From: a virus
DNA length: 64,000 nt
Virus record (IMG/VR): IMGVR_UViG_3300023273_000760
Coordinates: 34,708-98,707 of that record
Direction: 5' to 3' (one strand)
Below the pieces are notes generated by a model, which worked only from the letters and a program-made list of their open reading frames with translations, had not been told where the DNA came from and did no database searches. Positions 1-10,888 of the stretch are shown here, one piece after another (the first letter of the stretch is position 1; every line of letters begins with the position of its first letter). The position numbers and the translations under genes are program-made.

Positions 1-3000
1 ACATTTGATCCTGTTTCAACATATCAACAAGATGACATTGTACAGTATACTAATCAATTCTGGAAAGCAAAAACAACAGTATTTCCAAGTGATGACAGTT
101 TAGCATATCCAAGTTTTGCATCTCATGTTAACGCAGTTGTCGGTACAGATGACGACGGAGTCTATGATAACCTTTGGTTAATTTTACGAGGAAACTTTAC
201 ATTCCAAGAAGAAGTAACTGATCACGTTTTAATTAGAGCCCAATCAGTTCAATACGAAGGAAGTGCAGTTGGCGACAAATTACAGTTAATTTGGAACTCT
301 AAAAATACTAGATATCCATCAGGTGTTAATCCATTTAATGACAGCAATATATTATCATCAGACTTCTTTACAGGAGAACACATCATTGAAGAAAAGGTTG
401 ATGATATACTATTAGTTGACAATACACAAGCAATTCCAGATATTGGAGAAACAATTAGTAGTGATATTGCATTAGGTATTGTTGTATACAAATATACAAC
501 TGGTGACAATAGAACACTTATCTATGTTAATGAAACAAATGGCGATTTTGCAGATGAAGGTACATTAACAGTTGGCGATATTAATATCGGTAGTTACGAA
601 CGTGCAGTACAACAACCTAATGATGATCTTGCAGGTTGGTGGAAAATTCCAGTCGGTCAGACATTTAACGTAACACAAACTATTGAAACTAAACCATATT
701 TAATTGTTCAAGACATTATTAAACAAGCAGAAGTTCGTACAGTTAATTATTGGGAAAATGTTTATAACATTGTAGATGACGCTGATCCTGGAGTTCCGTC
801 ATATATTGAAACATTAACATGGAATAGTGAAGCAGGATATGAAATCTCAGACAAGTGGGTATTCAGATTACCTAAAACACTTGAAAATGATATTACAGCA
901 CCGAACGATGAATTTCAATTTTGGTTTAATGAATATCGTAATGCAGATGGAATTGTACAAGAGCCATCAGTTATTGCTCCTGAATTAGACCACGATTATC
1001 TGAATAGAACAACTCACAGAGTTTATGATATCTGGGACGGTTGGGCGAATGTAAACTTAACTAACTTTGATAATAGTGGTTCGCCAACACCAGGCGATCC
1101 TGACTACAATCCCAATTATGGTAATCCGTATATTCCAGTTGTTGGCGATATTGTAAGAGATAACGATACTCTTGCAACAGGTGAAGTCATGTATGTCGAA
1201 AAGGTGTTTAATAACTTAAGACTCTTCCTTAGAAATACAACAGGAACATGGAAGAAAGGTAGTGAATTTGGGAACATTTCAAGTTTAAGTATAGTTGAAG
1301 GTTCACAAGGTGCAGGAACTATTAGACTTGTTGGTACTACAATAGGAGTATATTTAACAAACAATACAGTGGGTCCACTTATTGTTATTGATAGAGGCGA
1401 AAACCTTACTCCAGGAAGTACTAGAACATTACAAAATTTTGAATACTGGGTTTATAAACAAACAGTAATACAAGGTTCTCCAAGAGAGGCAAATCCACCT
1501 TCATTATCAAATAATGATTGGACTAGAGTCTATAACATACCTGTAACTGAAACAGGGATAGCAAGCGGACTTGTGCGTCAAGGAGCATATGCAGTTTACG
1601 AAAGAAATGCTAGTAACTTCTATGTATTAACAAACGTCTATACAATGCCAGATAGTACTAACTACAAACATCTTGGAGCAACTATAGATTTAATTACTCG
1701 ACCAGATGGAAGTCGTGCAATTTATATTTCAAGTAAGGGTAATAACACATTTGCAGAACCTGGTAGAATTAATATTATTAATTACGATGAGTCACTAGGC
1801 TGGCAATTAGGTTCAGATGAAAACTATCGTGGAGAACACGATCCGACTATTACATATTACGAAGGTGAATATGTAAAATATGCAGAAGAAATTTATCAAG
1901 CAACTACTAATGTTTTACCTAGAGCATTTAATTTAGCAGACTGGGTGTTAGTTGAAACAGGCGTTGACTTAAACGGATACATTCCTAACAATACAGGATT
2001 TATTGTTGGCAATGATAGTGCATTAGAAACTTCTAATCTATTACAGTTTGGATCAAATTATGATGTAAGTAAAAACGGACACGTATTAGCATCAGTAGTT
2101 AAGTATGGCGATCAAGTTGACAGTGCATTAAGTACTCCTAAACTTGCGATTTACAGATTAATTAACGGACAGTTCCTTTGGGATCAGTTAGTTGATTCGG
2201 AGAAAGTAGATATTAACTACGGATCAAGTGTTGCTGTTTCTGATGATGGCAAATTTATTGCTGTAGGTGCAACTAATTGGAGCACAACTTATACAAATGC
2301 TGGTGCAGTTTATCTATATGAATCAATTCACGGAACATTTAGTCTAGTACAAACACTAACTGGTCCAAAAGGATTACCAAATGAAAAGTTTGGTTCTAAA
2401 GTAAAATTTAGTGGAGACAGATTAGTTATTACATCATCAGGCGGAGATTCAACAAGCATAACAGAATTTGATGCAAACTTAACATTATTTGATAACGGAA
2501 CAACGTTGTTTAATACAACACTTACTGATACAGGTGAGATATTTGTATTTGAATTAACAGGAAATAGATATGTTTATGCTGATAAAATTAAAAACTCAGA
2601 TCCAAATGTTGTATACTTTGGTGAAGTATTAGCAGTTAGCAATAATCACATTTATGCAGGATTACCTACTTACTTAAACGAAGAAGAAAATAGTTCTCCG
2701 GGCGCAGTATTTGATTATAGAAGCCCTTCAACAGGTAAGTTATGGACAAGAAAGCGTCAAGCAAGACCAGTTGTTGATGTTAACAAAATTAAAAGTGTTA
2801 GTATTTACAACAAACAAACTAATGTTGTAGATGAGTATCTTGATTATATTGATCCGCTACAAGGAAAAATTGCCGGACCGGCAGAAGTTGAATTATCATA
2901 TAAAACTACATATGATCCTGCAAGTTATAATATTGTAGATGATAGTGTAGTAGGGGTAGTTAAAGATGCTACTATTTTTAATACAGTTGATATAGTTGGT

Positions 3001-6000
3001 AAACTATGGTGGGATATTGATGCTGTAAGATTTATTAATCCTTATAGTAATACTGGAAATATTTTTAGTGTTACAAATCAGTTTAATACAATTTTTCCAG
3101 GTACTGAAGTTGAAATTTATGAATGGGTAGAGACAACATTATTACCAAGCGAATGGGACGAAGATGCAGATACAGAAGAAGGACTTACACGTGGTATTAG
3201 CGGAAAATCTAAATACGGCGACAGTGTATATTCAACTAGAAGAGTATATGACGAACCTGCACAAAAGTTTACAAATTACAATTATTTCTGGGTAAGAAAT
3301 AAAAAAACAGTTCCAGATGTACCAGGTAGATCAATTAGTGGTGCCGATGTTCAAGAATTAATTAGAGATCCTAATGGTCAAGGATACAAATATGTAAACT
3401 TATTAAGAGATAATGAGTGGGCGTTACATAATTTAGGATCAAGTATTACAGGAAAAGATAGTGTTATTAAATTTAGTTATTGGACTATTGATAACCTTGA
3501 ACAGAATATTCATAATCAGTATAATATTATTACTGATGGACTTGGTACAAGTATTCCTAAATCAGACTTAGAAGAAAAATGGTTTGATAGTTTAATTGGG
3601 TTTGACAAACAAGGTAGAGAAATTCCTGACAGACAGTTAGGAAATCAAGACAAATACGGAGTACTAAACAACCCACGACAAACTATGTTTGTTAACAGAG
3701 TTGAAGCACTTAAACAAGCAATTGAAAGAGTAAACATTGTATTAAAACAAAATGTATTAATTGATGATTTTGATTTATCAGATCTAGATAGTAATGATCC
3801 TAAACCAACCCTAGCATCAAGACTTTATGATTTGACAATTGATACAGATTTAGAACTTCAATATGTTTCAGTTAGTAAAGTAAGAACTGCACAACTTAAT
3901 GCAACTATAATTGATGGTAAATTAATTAGAGTAGATATTGTTGACGGAGGAAGAGGCTATAAAACAAATCCAACAGTAGAGTTTGTTACTACAGCAGGAG
4001 AAAATGCTGAAGTTGCTCTTGAAATTAACAGCATTGGATCGGTTATTAGTGCAACAGTAATTAATCAAGGTTCAAATTACAGCAGTACAGACGTAATTAC
4101 CGTACGTAAGTTTTCTGTGTTAGTTAATACAGACACTTCTTATGCTAATAGATGGTCAGTTTACGAGTACGTTGGCGGCAATTATCCGTGGAATAGAATT
4201 ATTAGTCAAAGTTATGATGTAAGAGATTATTGGAGTTATGATAATTGGTATGCAGAAGGTTATAATGAATTAACTAAAGCAGATTTCGTAATTGACGAAA
4301 CATACGAATTAGAATCGTTAGATGACGTTTATGGTCAAATTGTAAAAATTAACAATGTAGGTTCCGGCGGCTGGTTACTTTTACGTAAAATTGACGAACA
4401 AGTAAATGTTGATTATACTATTAACTATGAAACAATCGGTAGAGAAAATGCTACAGTACAACTATCTAAAGCATTGTACGATTATAGCGATGAATTAGTT
4501 GGTTATGATAGTTTTGGATATGATGATAGTGCGTTTGATTTAATACCAGTTCAAGAATTAAGAATTATACTGTCATCATTACGTGATAAAATATTTGTTG
4601 ATGACTTAGCAATTCATTATAATGAATTATTCTTTGCACAAATGCGTTATATTTTAAGTGAACAACCATTTATTGATTGGGCATTTAAAACTTCATTTGT
4701 TAAAGCAAAGCATAATGTTGGTAAACTAAGAAAAGACATTACATTTAATAATGACTTCTTAGAAAGTTATGAAGAATATGTAAAAGAAGTTAAACCTTAT
4801 AAAACTAAAATTAGAGAATACTTATCAACATATGAAGGTGATGATAATACTCAAACAATCGTTACTGATTTTGATTTGCCACCTTACTATAGTGATGCTA
4901 GAGGAAAAATTGTTCCTGTAGATACTAGAGTAGTAAATGATACTGTACAAGTAAACGGTATCACATCTTATCCACAAAAGCACTGGTTAGAAAATGTAAG
5001 TTTTAAAATTAAAGAAATTAATATTTACGAAGCAGGTTCGGGTTATCTAAATGCACCATCAGTTGAAATATCCGGCGGCGGCGGCACCGGCGCTGTTGCT
5101 GAAGCGTACATTGGTAAAAACGGATCTATATCTGAGATTAGAATTACTAATCCGGGTACAGGATATATTTCAGCACCTACTATTACTTTAAATGGTTCTC
5201 CAGGAGATAACGGAACAGTTGCTAAAGCAAGTGCAGTTATTGGAGATTCAAATTTACGTGCTACACACTTAGCCGTTAAGTTTGATAGAGTAACTGGTGC
5301 GTTCTTTATAACAACACTTGATGAAACAGAAACATTTACTGGAACAGGCGGAAGATATAAATTTACTTTAAAATGGCCAGTAGATTTAAGAACAAATAAA
5401 ATTAAAATTACTATCGGAGACGACGAAATACTGTCAAGAGATTATACTATTACTAATGTTAATGACAGTAATGGTAGAACACATGATAGAAAAATAGGCC
5501 AAATTGTTTTTAATACTCCTCCTGCTAATAACAAAACTATAACAATTGAGTATTTTAAAGATATATCATTATTAACTGCGGCAGATAGAATTAACTTATT
5601 CTACAATCCAACTACAGGACAGTTAGCAAATGACTTAGGGCAATTACTTGACGGCATTGACTACGGTGGTGTTCAAGTTAAGAGTTTCAACTTTGGCGGT
5701 GGCTCGGGTTGGAGTGCAGATTCGTGGTTTACTTCTGCATATGATACATATGATAATACATATGAAGATGAAGTATTCCGTTTAAGTGATGACAGTACAA
5801 AAATTTACGACTTTGCTAAAGCATTAGAAACAGGTATTGAATATAATGTTTATAAAAATGGTATAAGAATTGATGATCCTAACTTTGGAACAGGAAATCC
5901 TGTTACAAATCCAAATGCAATCATCCAAAGTATTACTGGAGCAAGCCAAACAGGATTTATTTTAACTGATGATGGTACTATTGTTGAGTCTACGGTAATC

Positions 6001-8178
6001 AAATTTGATGAAGAGATTTTACCAACACAATCAGGCGATGTAATTGTTATTCGCAAAAATACATCAGACGGTTCGTTTATTCCTGATCCAAGAGCATATG
6101 ATACATTAATTACCGGCGGTGACTTAGCATATGCAACTGCTTCAGGTATAAATCCAGAAGATATTGTTATCGACGGTGACGGATTTGTTACACCTACAAC
6201 ATCTAAAGGACCAGAGGAACTTATTCCTGGACAAGTTCTTGATACATTAGATATTAAAGTATACGATAGAGTTGGTGAAGGCGGAAGTAGAATTGAAAGT
6301 GTAGCATATGTTGGAGATAATGTTACAAAGATATTTAACTATGATGGTCAACCACAAAGTAAGTTTGCTATTTTTGTTAAAGTAAACAACATTGTTAGAA
6401 CAGATTATACAGTAGATTATAAAAACAAAACAATAACATTTACTTCAGCACCAGCAATTAATAGTTCTGTAAACATTATTACAATGAGCGGCAATGGTGA
6501 GGAAATATTAGATCTAGATACATTTACTGGAGACGGCTCAACAATTCAATTCCTTACAAGAGTTGACTGGAAAGATGAACTTAACAGTTTAATCACAGTT
6601 AATGGCGAGAAAGTTGATTATATTTTAGAAACAACAGACAGTTCATATGATACTGCTAACAAAGTTGCAATTACATTTGGTCAAGCACCGGCTGAAGGTG
6701 CAGTAATTAATTATGGAATTTATGCAAGTAACGCACAAACATTTAGTGAAATTAAAACTGATAATATTAGATCAGATGGAAGTACATCAACATATGAATT
6801 AAGTTTAACTCCATTTAGTAGTTTACCAGCAAGTCATAACTTAATTGTTAGAGTTGGTGATAACATTCTTAACGCAGGATACAACGAATCATTTATTATT
6901 GATGACAGAGTAGAATATGCATTACGTAACTGGCAACAACCAGGCGGTACATTAGGTGCTAATGATATCTTAGTATTATTGAACGGCGTAGAACTTACAT
7001 ATACTATAGATTATATTTTCCGTCCTGCAAACTCTAGTGTTGAAATTTTTGAAAACGTTAAAGTTCCTGGAGCAAGACTAGATGTGTATGTAACTGTTGA
7101 CGGAGAATACACAGTAAGTGGAAATACAATTACACTTAACACAGTTCCACCTGAAGACGAAATTTTTAGAGTAACACATTTTAGTAGACACGATATTCAA
7201 GAAATTGATCGTAAAAATTATGACATTGTAACAAGAACTACACTAAACTTTGAAAGTGCTGGCGATATTGAATACAATCATTTGAAAGCAGGTCTAATTA
7301 AACTTGAGAGACAAACTATTGATGCTGAGTATGTTTGGATTATTGTTAATGGAAAGATTCAAACACCTAGTGTTGATTATAAAGTAACAAATGACAGATT
7401 CTTTGTGCGTATGGCAACACCGTTAAATGAAAACGATGCTGTTGAAGTAATTCAGTTTGCTGAATCAGGACCAACAGTTTCTAAGTTTGGATTTAGACAA
7501 TTTAAAGATATGTTGAATAGAACAGTTTATAAACGTTTAGGTGATGTGAATAAGTATAGACTACAAGCAGATTTAAAACAGTTTGACAAAGAAATTTTAG
7601 TTGAAAACGGTGAAACCATGTTTATACCTGATAAAGCCAATAATGTTCCAGGTGTTATATTTGTTAACGGCGAGCGTATTGAATATATGGTTAAAGACGG
7701 TAACAGTTTACAACAGTTACGTAGAGGTACATTAGGTACAGGTGTTAGAGACATTCATAATGTAGGAGACGAGTTGTTTGATCAGGGATTCCAACAAACA
7801 ATTCCATACCAAGATAAAACATTAGTTAATACATATGAAGGTGATGGCACTACATCAGAATTTACACTAGATTGGACTCCGGCTAGTGTTAATGAATTTG
7901 AAGTATTTGTTGGTGGCAAGCGTCAACGCAAGAATGCTATGTATATGTTTGACCCAACGGTTGATCAAGATTCACCAGAAGGTGACGTATTGCAACCAGC
8001 GCAATATAGCATTTTAGGTAATACAATGACGCTATTAACTGCACCAGCAGATGGAGTTCGAATAACAGTAATTAGAAGGGTTGGAAAAGTATGGAATGAC
8101 CCTGGAAAAACACTAGGTAAGACAGAAAATGCTATCGCACAGTTCTTAAGAGCGGAAGAGGTTGACTTACCTAAATAA
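1..8178 (+). CDS. Giant virion structural protein (baseplate wedge/tail-associated), 5'-truncated, >2700 aa
   Basis: Frame 1 reads open from base 1 (TFDPVSTYQQDDIVQY...) into the 1189..8178 ORF. Contains FG-GAP-like repeats (YGSSVAVSDDGKFIAVGA..AGAVYLY), GSGY..AP.V.ISGGGG repeats and FTGDGST repeats typical of myovirus baseplate/tail proteins. Confidence 0.75.
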   Translation, partial: TFDPVSTYQQDDIVQYTNQFWKAKTTVFPSDDSLAYPSFASHVNAVVGTDDDGVYDNLWLILRGNFTFQEEVTDHVLIRAQSVQYEGSAVGDKLQLIWNSKNTRYPSGVNPFNDSNILSSDFFTGEHIIEEKVDDILLVDNTQAIPDIGETISSDIALGIVVYKYTTGDNRTLIYVNETNGDFADEGTLTVGDINIGSYERAVQQPNDDLAGWWKIPVGQTFNVTQTIETKPYLIVQDIIKQAEVRTVNYWENVYNIVDDADPGVPSYIETLTWNSEAGYEISDKWVFRLPKTLENDITAPNDEFQFWFNEYRNADGIVQEPSVIAPELDHDYLNRTTHRVYDIWDGWANVNLTNFDNSGSPTPGDPDYNPNYGNPYIPVVGDIVRDNDTLATGEVMYVEKVFNNLRLFLRNTTGTWKKGSEFGNISSLSIVEGSQGAGTIRLVGTTIGVYLTNNTVGPLIVIDRGENLTPGSTRTLQNFEYWVYKQTVIQGSPREANPPSLSNNDWTRVYNIPVTETGIASGLVRQGAYAVYERNASNFYVLTNVYTMPDSTNYKHLGATIDLITRPDGSRAIYISSKGNNTFAEPGRINIINYDESLGWQLGSDENYRGEHDPTITYYEGEYVKYAEEIYQATTNVLPRAFNLADWVLVETGVDLNGYIPNNTGFIVGNDSALETSNLLQFGSNYDVSKNGHVLASVVKYGDQVDSALSTPKLAIYRLINGQFLWDQLVDSEKVDINYGSSVAVSDDGKFIAVGATNWSTTYTNAGAVYLYESIHGTFSLVQTLTGPKGLPNEKFGSKVKFSGDRLVITSSGGDSTSITEFDANLTLFDNGTTLFNTTLTDTGEIFVFELTGNRYVYADKIKNSDPNVVYFGEVLAVSNNHIYAGLPTYLNEEENSSPGAVFDYRSPSTGKLWTRKRQARPVVDVNKIKSVSIYNKQTNVVDEYLDYIDPLQGKIAGPAEVELSYKTTYDPASYNIVDDSVVGVVKDATIFNTVDIVGKLWWDIDAVRFINPYSNTGNIFSVTNQFNTIFPGTEVEIYEWVETTLLPSEWDEDADTEEGLTRGISGKSKYGDSVYSTRRVYDEPAQKFTNYNYFWVRNKKTVPDVPGRSISGADVQELIRDPNGQGYKYVNLLRDNEWALHNLGSSITGKDSVIKFSYWTIDNLEQNIHNQYNIITDGLGTSIPKSDLEEKWFDSLIGFDKQGREIPDRQLGNQDKYGVLNNPRQTMFVNRVEALKQAIERVNIVLKQNVLIDDFDLSDLDSNDPKPTLASRLYDLTIDTDLELQYVSVSKVRTAQLNATIIDGKLIRVDIVDGGRGYKTNPTVEFVTTAGENAEVALEINSIGSVISATVINQGSNYSSTDVITVRKFSVLVNTDTSYANRWSVYEYVGGNYPWNRIISQSYDVRDYWSYDNWYAEGYNELTKADFVIDETYELESLDDVYGQIVKINNVGSGGWLLLRKIDEQVNVDYTINYETIGRENATVQLSKALYDYSDELVGYDSFGYDDSAFDLIPVQELRIILSSLRDKIFVDDLAIHYNELFFAQMRYILSEQPFIDWAFKTSFVKAKHNVGKLRKDITFNNDFLESYEEYVKEVKPYKTKIREYLSTYEGDDNTQTIVTDFDLPPYYSDARGKIVPVDTRVVNDTVQVNGITSYPQKHWLENVSFKIKEINIYEAGSGYLNAPSVEISGGGGTGAVAEAYIGKNGSISEIRITNPGTGYISAPTITLNGSPGDNGTVAKASAVIGDSNLRATHLAVKFDRVTGAFFITTLDETETFTGTGGRYKFTLKWPVDLRTNKIKITIGDDEILSRDYTITNVNDSNGRTHDRKIGQIVFNTPPANNKTITIEYFKDISLLTAADRINLFYNPTTGQLANDLGQLLDGIDYGGVQVKSFNFGGGSGWSADSWFTSAYDTYDNTYEDEVFRLSDDSTKIYDFAKALETGIEYNVYKNGIRIDDPNFGTGNPVTNPNAIIQSITGASQTGFILTDDGTIVESTVIKFDEEILPTQSGDVIVIRKNTSDGSFIPDPRAYDTLITGGDLAYATASGINPEDIVIDGDGFVTPTTSKGPEELIPGQVLDTLDIKVYDRVGEGGSRIESVAYVGDNVTKIFNYDGQPQSKFAIFVKVNNIVRTDYTVDYKNKTITFTSAPAINSSVNIITMSGNGEEILDLDTFTGDGSTIQFLTRVDWKDELNSLITVNGEKVDYILETTDSSYDTANKVAITFGQAPAEGAVINYGIYASNAQTFSEIKTDNIRSDGSTSTYELSLTPFSSLPASHNLIVRVGDNILNAGYNESFIIDDRVEYALRNWQQPGGTLGANDILVLLNGVELTYTIDYIFRPANSSVEIFENVKVPGARLDVYVTVDGEYTVSGNTITLNTVPPEDEIFRVTHFSRHDIQEIDRKNYDIVTRTTLNFESAGDIEYNHLKAGLIKLERQTIDAEYVWIIVNGKIQTPSVDYKVTNDRFFVRMATPLNENDAVEVIQFAESGPTVSKFGFRQFKDMLNRTVYKRLGDVNKYRLQADLKQFDKEILVENGETMFIPDKANNVPGVIFVNGERIEYMVKDGNSLQQLRRGTLGTGVRDIHNVGDELFDQGFQQTIPYQDKTLVNTYEGDGTTSEFTLDWTPASVNEFEVFVGGKRQRKNAMYMFDPTVDQDSPEGDVLQPAQYSILGNTMTLLTAPADGVRITVIRRVGKVWNDPGKTLGKTENAIAQFLRAEEVDLPK

Positions 8179-8181
8179 ATA
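8175..8181 (+). promoter_or_regulatory. T4-late-like promoter box ATAAATA
   Basis: ATAAATA over the stop of the giant ORF, upstream of 8200; the motif recurs at many gene-block starts. Confidence 0.45.
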
Positions 8182-8199
8182 CAATGTAGGAAAACACAA

Positions 8200-8814
8200 A
8201 TGACAGATAATTTATTAGATAAAAACGGAGTGTTAGTGCAGGGTCATATTAAGATATATAACCCCGAGACTAGCGAAATTTACATTGATAAGCGCAATGC
8301 AATTCACTATGAGAATATGAGTATTGCACTTGCTGAATCATTGGCCAACGCAGGACAGGGATTTGTATACGAAATGGCATTTGGGAACGGTGGTACTAGT
8401 GTTGATCCTACAGGCATTATTACATACTTAACACCAAATAGCACTGGTACAAATGCTTCATTATACAACCAAACTTATAAAAAGGTTGTTGATGACAGAT
8501 CAGCAAATAACGTAGATCCAAATAGAAACAAAATTGAAACACGACACGTTACAGGCACTAGTTATACAGATATCTTAGTAAGTTGTTTGTTAGACTACGG
8601 TGAACCAAACGGGCAAGAAGCAAACGATACTGCTACTAATACAGAAAGTTCATTTGTATTTGACGAACTAGGATTAGTAAGTTATAGTCCAACTGGTGAC
8701 GGCAAACTTCTTACACACGTTATTTTCCATCCTGTACAAAAGTCGTTAAACAGATTAATTCAAATTGATTATACAGTTAGAGTACAATCATTAACTGGTT
8801 TTAACGAGGGGTAA
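8200..8814 (+). CDS. Phage virion/baseplate-associated protein
   Basis: 204 aa ORF inside the structural operon; FDELGL and HVIFHPVQKS motifs resemble tail/baseplate proteins. Confidence 0.55.
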   Translation: MTDNLLDKNGVLVQGHIKIYNPETSEIYIDKRNAIHYENMSIALAESLANAGQGFVYEMAFGNGGTSVDPTGIITYLTPNSTGTNASLYNQTYKKVVDDRSANNVDPNRNKIETRHVTGTSYTDILVSCLLDYGEPNGQEANDTATNTESSFVFDELGLVSYSPTGDGKLLTHVIFHPVQKSLNRLIQIDYTVRVQSLTGFNEG

Positions 8815-8818
8815 TTAG

Positions 8819-10888
8819 ATGGCATATACTATTAACTACACTGACATTACTAATAAAGGTAGTATAGTCATTGAGGATAACACAGTTGATACGTCAACTA
8901 GTTTAAGTATCCCAGGAAGATTTACTACTGATTACGGTACGTTAATTGGTCAAAACTTTTTACAACTATTAGAAAACTTTTCAAATACAACAGCACCACA
9001 AAGACCAGTAGAAGGTCAGTTATGGTATGATACATCTATCGGTGTTAACATTCTTAAAATTTATGACGGCACTAACTGGATTGAAGCCGGAGGATTAAAA
9101 AGAGGTGAGTCAGCACCAGATGTTGCTAATTCAGTTGCTGGAGATTTATGGGCAGATACAGACAATCAACAGTTATATTTGTATACAGGTTCAGGTTGGA
9201 TTTTAGTTGGTCCAGAATTTAGTGACGGTTTAGCCGCAGGTGTTCGACCTTCAACATTAACAGGAACAGACAACGTTAATTATACAGCACTTAAAGTTGA
9301 AATAGGCGGCAAAGTACTTGCCATTTATGCTACAAGTGCATTTACTCCAAAGGCAACAATACAAGGATTTAGTTCGCTGAAGGCAGGCTTTAATATGAGT
9401 TCTGCTGATATTACTGGCGCTGGTGTTGCAAAGTATTACGGTATTGCAGAAAAAGCAGAAAGTTTAATTATTGCTGGAGAGGCTAACCCTGTTTCAGCAG
9501 AAAATTTCTTAAGAGGCGATAAAGAGTCAATTTCTTCTAAAGGATTAATTATTAGAAATAACTCAGGTGTACAAGTTGGAAGTGATGCAGTTGTTCAAAT
9601 TGGTATTGAAGGACAGAATGCAATTATTTCAAATAATACTTCTGGTGCAAACATTGACTTAAGAATTAATAATGCAGGTAACCTACAACCTGTTATCAGA
9701 ATTGACTCAACACAAAAAGTTGGTATTAATAACTTATCACCAGCAGAAGCATTAGACGTAACTGGTAATGCTATTATTAGTAACAACCTTATTATTAATG
9801 GAATTGCAGAAGCAGTTAATATTTCAACAGGTGCTATTACAACAAAAGGCGGACTTGGTGTTGCTAAGAGTGCAAGGATTGGAAATGAATTAGAAGTAGG
9901 ATCAACCGCAACGTTTGGCGGATCACTACTTCCAGATACATCAAACACAAGAAGCATTGGATCTGCAATATTAAAATTTGCAGAAGTTAATGCAAATACT
10001 TTTAAAGGTAACTTAGTAGGTAATGTAACTGGAACAGTTACAGGACGTTCAGGAAGTTCAGATAAACTTGCTTCAAGAACAACATTCCAAGTTACAGGTG
10101 ACGTAACTGCTCCGAACATTATTTTTGACGGACAGTATACAGCACCAGGCGAAACTACACTAGTTAAAACATTTGATATTAGTGTTAATAGTACATTTGT
10201 TACTAATAAGCCAAACGTTCCAACATCGAGATTTGATGACGAACTTTTAATTAATAGACTTAATGACGAAAATGGTAGCGGAACAGGTCTTAAAAAAATA
10301 TCAAGAAGTAACTTGTTTAGTGCATTACCAGTTAATCCAGTTGGAATGATAGTTCCATATGCAGGAGATAACAGTACAGCATCAGATTTAAATGGATGGT
10401 TATTATGTGACGGTAGAGAAGAATTTATTGTTGATTGGCCTCAATTGTATGAAATTATCGGAACAAAATATAAAGCAAATCCGGCGTTAGGTAAATTTGC
10501 ATTACCAGACTTACGTGGTAGATTCCCGCTAGGCCAAGACAACATGGGTACACAACAAGGATCAGCAAATAGAGTTACTGATGCTAACGCTGATACACTT
10601 GGCGGCACAGCAGGATTTGAAAAGAAACCAATTAAAGTTGAAAACTTACCAGAACACGAACACGATTTACGTGGACCAAGTGGTACACAATATTACGTAT
10701 CACGTGATGTTCAAGGTGCACCAGTAGATGCAGATGCTACAGTAGCCGATGCTCCAACAGGAACAAATGCAGGACAGAAGTTTCCATTCTCAGGAGGCGT
10801 GGTAAGTACAACAACAGTAGGACAAGATTTTGATATTATGAATCCTTACCTGGCTGTTAACTATCTAATTTACGCGGGGGCAAAATAA
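8819..10888 (+). CDS. Tail fibre protein with C-terminal phage tail-collar domain
   Basis: PVGMIVPYAG...GWLLCDG...LYEIIGTKY...FALPDLRGRFPLG is the tail-collar signature; N-terminus shared with the next two ORFs. Confidence 0.8.
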   Translation: MAYTINYTDITNKGSIVIEDNTVDTSTSLSIPGRFTTDYGTLIGQNFLQLLENFSNTTAPQRPVEGQLWYDTSIGVNILKIYDGTNWIEAGGLKRGESAPDVANSVAGDLWADTDNQQLYLYTGSGWILVGPEFSDGLAAGVRPSTLTGTDNVNYTALKVEIGGKVLAIYATSAFTPKATIQGFSSLKAGFNMSSADITGAGVAKYYGIAEKAESLIIAGEANPVSAENFLRGDKESISSKGLIIRNNSGVQVGSDAVVQIGIEGQNAIISNNTSGANIDLRINNAGNLQPVIRIDSTQKVGINNLSPAEALDVTGNAIISNNLIINGIAEAVNISTGAITTKGGLGVAKSARIGNELEVGSTATFGGSLLPDTSNTRSIGSAILKFAEVNANTFKGNLVGNVTGTVTGRSGSSDKLASRTTFQVTGDVTAPNIIFDGQYTAPGETTLVKTFDISVNSTFVTNKPNVPTSRFDDELLINRLNDENGSGTGLKKISRSNLFSALPVNPVGMIVPYAGDNSTASDLNGWLLCDGREEFIVDWPQLYEIIGTKYKANPALGKFALPDLRGRFPLGQDNMGTQQGSANRVTDANADTLGGTAGFEKKPIKVENLPEHEHDLRGPSGTQYYVSRDVQGAPVDADATVADAPTGTNAGQKFPFSGGVVSTTTVGQDFDIMNPYLAVNYLIYAGAK

